In this document: in pieces, positions 58,079-64,000 of the stretch | How the letters are laid out: each line of letters begins with the position of its first letter | Numbering within the stretch: the stretch's first letter is position 1 | Assembly (NCBI GenBank): GCA_041738235.1 | Contig: JBGSQF010000013.1 | Location: forward strand, 63,345-127,344 | Direction: 5' to 3' | DNA from: Minisyncoccia bacterium | GTDB lineage: Bacteria; Patescibacteriota; Minisyncoccia; Moranbacterales; GCA-2747515 | DNA length: 64,000 nucleotides | The notes under the pieces: model-generated | Told to the model about the DNA's origin: nothing | The model's database searches: none | The model's input: only the letters and a program-made list of their open reading frames with translations | Position numbers and translations under genes: made by a program

Positions 58079-59269
58079 ATGAAAATTGCTTTTATTGGAC
58101 AAAAAGGAATACCCACGAAGTCTGGAGGTGTGGAGCGACATGTTGAAGAGCTCGCGCTGAGACTTCGTCGTGAAGGACATGCTGTGACCGTCTACGGACG
58201 TCAGAGTTATGGTCTTCCAAAAGAAAGCTTTTATAAAGGCGTTCGTGTTTTGGCTGTGCCGAGTATTTCAACGAAGAACCTAGATGCTATTACAGCGACC
58301 TTTCTGGGCATACTGCATATCTTGTTCCATTCATATGATGTAGTACATTTTCATTCTATTGGTCCAGCATCGCTTGCTTGGATCGTTCGATTGCTGAAAC
58401 GCCGTACTGTGATCATCGGAACGTTCCACAGTCAGGATTACGATCATGCGAAGTGGGGGTGGTTTGCTAAGAAGTATCTTCATTTTGGGGAGTACGTTAT
58501 GTGTACTGTTCCTCACAAGACGATCGCCATTAGTCGATCTATGCGCCGATATGCGTTCAAAAAGCATGGAAAACATACGGTATATATTCCAAATGGATGC
58601 AATGCTCAACCGATCGATTCGGAGAAGGCTTTGCAACGATATGGACTTAAAAAGCAACGCTATCTGCTTTCTGTAAGTCGATTGGTAAAGCACAAGGGAA
58701 TCCATTTTTTGATAGAGGCTTTCAAAAGATTGGAGGATACGAATAAGATCCCCAATAACTTTAAGTTGGTCATTGTAGGAACTTCTTCACAAACAGATGA
58801 ATATGTAAAATATCTCAAATTCATCAGCCGAGGTCGAAAGAATATCATCTTTACCGGGGAAAAGTCAGGTGTTGCACTTCGAGAGATCTTTTCACATGCT
58901 TACGCTTTTGTGCAGCCATCAATGGCTGAAGGTCTTTCGATAGCGCTGTTGGAAGCAATGGGATACGGACTTGCCCCACTTGTGAGTGACATTGTGGAAA
59001 ATAAAGAAGCAATTGGAGAATGTGGTTTTGAATTCCGATCGGGAAATACCGACTCCCTTCAAGAAAAACTTGCTTATGTTCTCAATAAGCCAAAAGAGGT
59101 GGAACGTGTTGCAAAACTTGCCCAGAAGAGAGCTCTCACTGAATATCATTGGGATGCTATTGCTAAGAAGACCGGAAGTCTTTATCGTGAAGTTTGGAAA
59201 GAGCGCTTTGGTCAAAAATTAAAAAATAATAGAACGCAGCTTGTAAAACTTGGAACTCATAACTCCTAA
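58079..59269 (+). CDS. Glycosyltransferase family 4
   Basis: MKIAFIGQKGIP..GGVE.HVEE, RL..KG, EGL...LLEAM.YG. Confidence 0.93.
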   Translation: MKIAFIGQKGIPTKSGGVERHVEELALRLRREGHAVTVYGRQSYGLPKESFYKGVRVLAVPSISTKNLDAITATFLGILHILFHSYDVVHFHSIGPASLAWIVRLLKRRTVIIGTFHSQDYDHAKWGWFAKKYLHFGEYVMCTVPHKTIAISRSMRRYAFKKHGKHTVYIPNGCNAQPIDSEKALQRYGLKKQRYLLSVSRLVKHKGIHFLIEAFKRLEDTNKIPNNFKLVIVGTSSQTDEYVKYLKFISRGRKNIIFTGEKSGVALREIFSHAYAFVQPSMAEGLSIALLEAMGYGLAPLVSDIVENKEAIGECGFEFRSGNTDSLQEKLAYVLNKPKEVERVAKLAQKRALTEYHWDAIAKKTGSLYREVWKERFGQKLKNNRTQLVKLGTHNS

Positions 59270-59281
59270 TGTGAGAATAGT

Positions 59282-60310
59282 ATGAGTCAAGAATGGCAAA
59301 AAATCCTTATCCGAGTTGTGTTGATCTTTTCGATAGTCTCTCTTGGGATTCTTTTTGTCTTGGGCGAAACAGGATCATCAAACTACCAAGGTTCTACGAT
59401 ATTTGTGGTTTTTGCGAGAACCGAGGTGGCCGCACAGCAATTGTCCACAACAACCCAGAACATAGGGCTTATACTGAAAAGTGATCTTTTTAAGAGATCG
59501 GTATCCGGAGATCTCTATCAGGCAACGGAGGAATGGAAACAGTTTTTACTTGATATAAAAAATCCTGCTGGATCGGTTTTTGTGATCTCTTATAGGGACA
59601 ATTCGACCGATCCGCATGCTGTTCGTGAGGCCTTACAGATCGCTCGTATGGAGGCGGTTAGAACGATCGCCAAAAACTATGATCTTTCTCGGGATCTTTC
59701 TCTACGTTTTCTAGATGAGGGGATCGTTGCAGAGTCAAAGGAAAGTACTCGCACTATCTATATCGCTTTCCTTGTGGCCTTTGCGGCTGTTTTGATCGTT
59801 GAGGGTGGAGTGTATTGGCGATCTACAAAAGAGTTGGAGGAGAAGTTTCGCTTGGCAGTGGAAGAACGATTGAAGGAGAAGAGCGAACTGCCAGAATGGT
59901 GGAGGAACTATGAACCTAAAAATACGGAGAAAGAACTACTCCCGACCTTTGAGGATAAGCACGAGATAAAGAGAGTGATTCCAGAGGAAGAGGTAAACAC
60001 ATCCTTGCCAAGCGACACTGTGATCTTAGAGTCGTCGACTCCGGAGGTTCCAAAAGCTCGAGTAGTTTTGCCACGAAGGTCGGCAACTGCGGCTGCACCA
60101 GCTAATCTTCCCATTGCTACAGAGATGCCAGAGGTGTTTAAATCGTACACGAAAACTATCAAATCGGAAGATATTTCCACAGATGAACTGCCTGATCCGG
60201 ACGTGATGGTGTCACATAGAGCTATCGTAGAAGCTCCTGTTGTCAACCCTGAACCTTCAGTAGAAGAACTTAAGGCGCGACTCAATAAATTGCTTCGAGG
60301 TGAGTTATAA
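59282..60310 (+). CDS. Hypothetical membrane protein (Wzz-like topology)
   Basis: Two TM segments, cytoplasmic tail with PANLP and ELKARLNKLLRGEL. Confidence 0.6.
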   Translation: MSQEWQKILIRVVLIFSIVSLGILFVLGETGSSNYQGSTIFVVFARTEVAAQQLSTTTQNIGLILKSDLFKRSVSGDLYQATEEWKQFLLDIKNPAGSVFVISYRDNSTDPHAVREALQIARMEAVRTIAKNYDLSRDLSLRFLDEGIVAESKESTRTIYIAFLVAFAAVLIVEGGVYWRSTKELEEKFRLAVEERLKEKSELPEWWRNYEPKNTEKELLPTFEDKHEIKRVIPEEEVNTSLPSDTVILESSTPEVPKARVVLPRRSATAAAPANLPIATEMPEVFKSYTKTIKSEDISTDELPDPDVMVSHRAIVEAPVVNPEPSVEELKARLNKLLRGEL

Positions 60311-60368
60311 TGGTTAGGTGTGAATACATATTTTGTAATGGGCATAGTTACAGAAGAGCATACTATTT

Positions 60369-61739
60369 ATGAAAAAACATTCGACACGATTCTGGATCAT
60401 ATTTTGGGTAGTATCTGCTATTCTCCTTTCGATATGGTATGTTTTTTTGCAAGTCTATAATAAGGGTTTTTCGGGTCTCCGCTCTTCTGTGGGGGTACTT
60501 CCTCTTTCTTCAGAAATGAAAGGTGATCTACAGGCCACTCTTTCTCTTATGGATTATGCGCTTGCCGCTGATGAAAAACCCAAGACATTTCTTCTTTTAT
60601 TTCAGAATAACTGGGAGCTTCGACCGGGGGGCGGTTTTATCGGATCTTTCGGGATCCTTACCATCAAGAACGGGCATATTGAAAAGTTGGAGATTCACGA
60701 TACGGGAAACTTTGATGGTCGCATTCCAAATGTTGAGCAACCCCCTTATCCAATGAAAGAATATCTTCGTATACCTTCTTGGCAGATGCGAGATTCTAAC
60801 TACTCTCCGGATTTCCCAACGAATGCTCAGAAGGCGGAATATTTCTATCACCTTGGCCAAGGAGAGGAGCAATTTGATGGTGTGGTAGGGGTTACCACCA
60901 ATGTGCTCATCGCACTTCTTCGTGTGACGGGTCCTGTGCAGTTGGAGGGGTATCCTGGAACGTATGATTCCGAGAATGCTATTTACACGCTTGAGCATCA
61001 AGTAGAGCAGGCGTATTTGGAACAAGACATTCAGAAGGGCGATAGGAAAGAGGTGATGCGGGCTCTTGCTGAGGCTATACTACAAAAGTTACAACCCCTA
61101 ACATTGTCACAAAAAATACGTTTGGCACAAGTTGCTTTGGAAGAACTGAAAAATAAGAATATTCAGGTATTTTTTCACGACGAAAATATCCAAAAGGTCG
61201 TAGCAGGGCGGGGATGGTCAGGCAGTGTGGATCCTCTCTGGCAGAATGATTTTCTTATGCTTGTAGATGCTAACCTTGGAGCATTTAAGAGCGATTCGCT
61301 TATGAAGCGTGAAATACATTACACATTGGATATGTCTGGTGAGTCGTCTCAGGCAACGGTGGAAGTAACCTATTCTCATACGGGGACCGAAAAGAATTGG
61401 CTTATCAACAACTATACTTCTTATCTTCGACTGTATACCCCAAAGGGAAGTTGGTTGGATTCGATCGAGGGAGGCGAGGGAAAAACGCAGTATGGGGAAG
61501 AATTCAACAAGCGTGTTTTTGGAACGGTAGTTCGGGTTTCTATTGGTTCTTCTAAAACGATAGTTTTTCACTACACACTTCCCAAGACCATCGATCCTGA
61601 TTTCTATGATCTGAAGGTCCAGAAACAGGCTGGTCTCATGGACCCAAACTATACTATTACCACAATTGATAAGAAGGGAATGAAAAAAGAGCAACAGTTC
61701 GTGCTTTCTCATGATCAGGTCTTGAGCGAAGAGCTGTAG
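60369..61739 (+). CDS. DUF4012 domain protein
   Basis: LLLFQN..ELRP.GGFIGS, RDSN.SPDFP, DAN....K, Y.R.Y.P. Confidence 0.88.
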   Translation: MKKHSTRFWIIFWVVSAILLSIWYVFLQVYNKGFSGLRSSVGVLPLSSEMKGDLQATLSLMDYALAADEKPKTFLLLFQNNWELRPGGGFIGSFGILTIKNGHIEKLEIHDTGNFDGRIPNVEQPPYPMKEYLRIPSWQMRDSNYSPDFPTNAQKAEYFYHLGQGEEQFDGVVGVTTNVLIALLRVTGPVQLEGYPGTYDSENAIYTLEHQVEQAYLEQDIQKGDRKEVMRALAEAILQKLQPLTLSQKIRLAQVALEELKNKNIQVFFHDENIQKVVAGRGWSGSVDPLWQNDFLMLVDANLGAFKSDSLMKREIHYTLDMSGESSQATVEVTYSHTGTEKNWLINNYTSYLRLYTPKGSWLDSIEGGEGKTQYGEEFNKRVFGTVVRVSIGSSKTIVFHYTLPKTIDPDFYDLKVQKQAGLMDPNYTITTIDKKGMKKEQQFVLSHDQVLSEEL

Positions 61740-61810
61740 AGTATCGGTGGTTATTTTAGAAAAAAAGTGGTATAATAAAGACACCCTATTAAGTGTCTTT
61801 ATTATTTTGT

Positions 61811-62452
61811 ATGAAAGAATATCTCAAGAAAAATGCATTGGTCGTGATCGCTTTTTCTGTCCCTATTGTTTTTGTGGGGATTATTTTTTTGATGACAGCA
61901 TTGCCGTCAATGTTCTTTTCAACACAATACAATTTTGTGTATGCGGTATGTAACGACCCTACATCGATCGATCATTATAACAATCAGCGTTGTCAAGAAT
62001 ATCTCAAAAAGAAGGTGTCTGTTGTTGATGGGCGGATCTCTATAAAAGAGGATCCTACCTATACTGATACTGCCTATGGATATCCTGATGCTTTCATCGA
62101 TGAAGTGGGACCAAGAAGGATGATCCCCATTGAAAGAACGTATTCTTACGAGAAAGAGCTTGGATATAAGCTTCGACTTCTTTTGTATGATGTTCGTATC
62201 GGACAGTCTCGAGAGATATCTCAAGAAGAAGCGAAGAGTATGCATTTCAGTGACCTTATTACGTCGCCTGAGGGCGTTTCGATAGAATCAGGATATGATT
62301 CCACTTATAATTCTCCTTTCTTTTTTGACACCTCATCTTCTTACAATCGCTACCTCAAAAAGGGAAATCAAAAGAAAAAACTCAATCTTCTGGATCAATC
62401 GGATCGATATTATAATGGTAACTTTCAATTTGTGGGATGGGTAATCCCTTAA
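61811..62452 (+). CDS. Hypothetical membrane-anchored protein
   Basis: N-terminal TM, YNFVY, SPEG, C-terminal F.FVGWV. Confidence 0.7.
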   Translation: MKEYLKKNALVVIAFSVPIVFVGIIFLMTALPSMFFSTQYNFVYAVCNDPTSIDHYNNQRCQEYLKKKVSVVDGRISIKEDPTYTDTAYGYPDAFIDEVGPRRMIPIERTYSYEKELGYKLRLLLYDVRIGQSREISQEEAKSMHFSDLITSPEGVSIESGYDSTYNSPFFFDTSSSYNRYLKKGNQKKKLNLLDQSDRYYNGNFQFVGWVIP

Positions 62453-62462
62453 GTGTAACTAT

Positions 62463-63464
62463 ATGGATAATAAAGAGTTGCTTCAAGAAGTGCTTGCGCG
62501 GCTTGAGCGAGGGGAGATACAAAAGAGCGAGATACAAGAGATCTTGAATCTCATTGCTCCAAGTGAGAATATTCGTTTAAAGGACCAAAAAGCTGGCTGG
62601 AGAAATCTTGACCTCACGAAGGTGCTTTATATTATCGGTGCGGCCATAGTGCTTTTGGGTATTGTGTTCTTTGTGGGGCAGCTTTGGGACGACATGGGGT
62701 CCTTTGGAAGGATATTCGTAACGTTCATTTTGGGAGTTGTTTTGGTTGGAACAGGTTCATTATTGCATCAGAAACAAGAGAGAGTTTCTCTGGGGAATGT
62801 TTTCCATGCGATGGGATCGATCCTGCTTTTGGGAGGGTCCTTCGTGGTTGTCGATGAGATGGGTCTTGACGTAACGGCCGGAGTCGCTACATTTCTTTTT
62901 GGTGCACTTTTTGTTTTTCACGTATTGCTTGCTTTGTACCACAAAAGTGTGTTGCATAGTTTTTTTTCGGTGGCTTACGGTACGAGTTTTCTTTATGCTC
63001 TCATTGAGTTTATTTTGCCTGGGTATGCGTATGAACATGATGCCGTATATGTTTATCTGACAATGCTCTTTGGGGGGAGCTATCTTTTGCTTTCGCGAGC
63101 TCTTCGATATACCTGGAACGTGGCACTCGTGGGGTTGCTTAATTTCTTTGGAACACTTGGTTTTATGGGGGCTATGGCCAATCGAGCTTGGGAAGGATCG
63201 GGTTTTTGGGAGGTCTTCTACTTTCTTTTCCTTTTTGGGGGAGTATACCTTTCGATATATCTCAAGAGTCGGGCGGTGCTTGTTGTGAGTGTTCTTTTTC
63301 TTATTGCACATATTATTTATATCACAAGCAACTATTTCGCGGACTCTTTGGGATGGCCCATCTCTTTGGTGTTTCTTGGAATGGTGATATTGGGACTGGC
63401 CTATTTCTCTGTCAATCTCAATAAAAAATACTTGCAAGCAGGGTCTTCTGACACAGTTTTATGA
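62463..63464 (+). CDS. DUF2157 family membrane protein
   Basis: LYIIGA..V..G..FFV..W, about 9-10 TM segments, YF....GWP..L. Confidence 0.78.
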   Translation: MDNKELLQEVLARLERGEIQKSEIQEILNLIAPSENIRLKDQKAGWRNLDLTKVLYIIGAAIVLLGIVFFVGQLWDDMGSFGRIFVTFILGVVLVGTGSLLHQKQERVSLGNVFHAMGSILLLGGSFVVVDEMGLDVTAGVATFLFGALFVFHVLLALYHKSVLHSFFSVAYGTSFLYALIEFILPGYAYEHDAVYVYLTMLFGGSYLLLSRALRYTWNVALVGLLNFFGTLGFMGAMANRAWEGSGFWEVFYFLFLFGGVYLSIYLKSRAVLVVSVLFLIAHIIYITSNYFADSLGWPISLVFLGMVILGLAYFSVNLNKKYLQAGSSDTVL

Positions 63465-63547
63465 GGGCACACAGTTAAAGAAAGAAGAGCAGATGACGAA
63501 AACAGCACCCAAGGGGGTGCGTTTTTATCTGTATAAAAGGTGTCTGT

Positions 63548-63606
63548 CCGCGCCGCGTTTTGGGTTTTTGGGGAGAGCTCTCCTCATATTCCAAAATGCG
63601 GCGCGG
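63548..63606 (-). terminator. Long hairpin downstream of the - strand ORF
   Basis: CCGCGCCGCGTTTTGG ... CCAAAATGCGGCGCGG, a 16-bp inverted repeat with one mismatch. Confidence 0.6.
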
Positions 63607-63617
63607 TGCCATAGCCC

Positions 63618-63857
63618 CTAGTCAGTCGTCATCATCGGGAAGGTAGGCGAGTCTTGTCCTTGGTGATGTGGTACCCAGCCGGCAGCCTCTTGCTGTGCCA
63701 GCGTTACTGGTTGGTAGACCATTTTCCAACGATGGTCTCGCGATACCTCATCTTCGACGACGATCGGGGGTTCACTTGTGGACGCATCCACGGATGTTTC
63801 TCCTGTTTGAGCCGAAATGGCCTTCTTACTGTACCTCTTATGAGGCACTATCGTCAA
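63618..63857 (-). CDS. Hypothetical protein (start uncertain)
   Basis: 79-aa ORF ending just before the long hairpin. Confidence 0.4.
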   Translation of the reverse strand: MTIVPHKRYSKKAISAQTGETSVDASTSEPPIVVEDEVSRDHRWKMVYQPVTLAQQEAAGWVPHHQGQDSPTFPMMTTD

Positions 63858-64000
63858 GAAACGAGATAGAGAACAAGGTGTACGCTATTACACCGAACAG
63901 TAGGTGTTTAGATGCTCACACAGTTTTCTATACGTAATGGTGGCAACTCCCGTCACTTTATCGGCGCCACCATAGTACACAAAAAGTTTCTTTCCTCGCA

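Noticed and set aside
1-64000. CRISPR array, rRNA, integrase/transposase, reverse transcriptase or DGR
   Set aside because: No regularly spaced repeats, rRNA-like tracts or corresponding protein motifs were seen by eye.
1-64000. Alternative genetic code (TGA read-through)
   Set aside because: Conserved genes are full length under code 11 and several end in TGA (murB, serS).

Overview
64-kb window of a bacterial chromosome (code 11, mostly + strand). Gene content (DUF1189, DUF4012, DUF3467, stand-alone CofE-like protein, short HPF, few biosynthetic genes, many NUDIX hydrolases, tRNAs without encoded CCA) suggests a Patescibacteria/CPR (Parcubacteria-like) genome; this is inferred, not tested. 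Core genes include the dnaK 3' end, ispG, murB, hpf, secA, ppa, rseP, proS, rarA, pepA, nfo, lysS and serS, plus a MacAB-like ABC exporter, a two-component pair, a surface-polysaccharide cluster and three tRNAs (fMet, Met, Asp). Main highlights: (1) a tRNA-Asp-centred module in which a small GIY-YIG nuclease lies between a duplicated 5' tRNA half and the intact tRNA, followed by an element with tRNA-derived inverted ends; both direct tRNA fragments carry a short palindromic insertion; (2) a GC-rich island inside the polysaccharide cluster encoding a lipoprotein and a secreted LysM protein with an outer-membrane beta-barrel-like C-terminus, flanked by about 600 nt of densely hairpinned non-coding DNA; (3) a TspO / DUF1365 / cfa / FAD-oxidoreductase lipid-modification cluster; (4) two gene fusions, a divergent PyrF with a hydrophobic insert, two G-tract frameshifts, and many self-contained ORFan cassettes, some sharing a terminator motif. 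All calls were made by reading the sequence; no searches were run.
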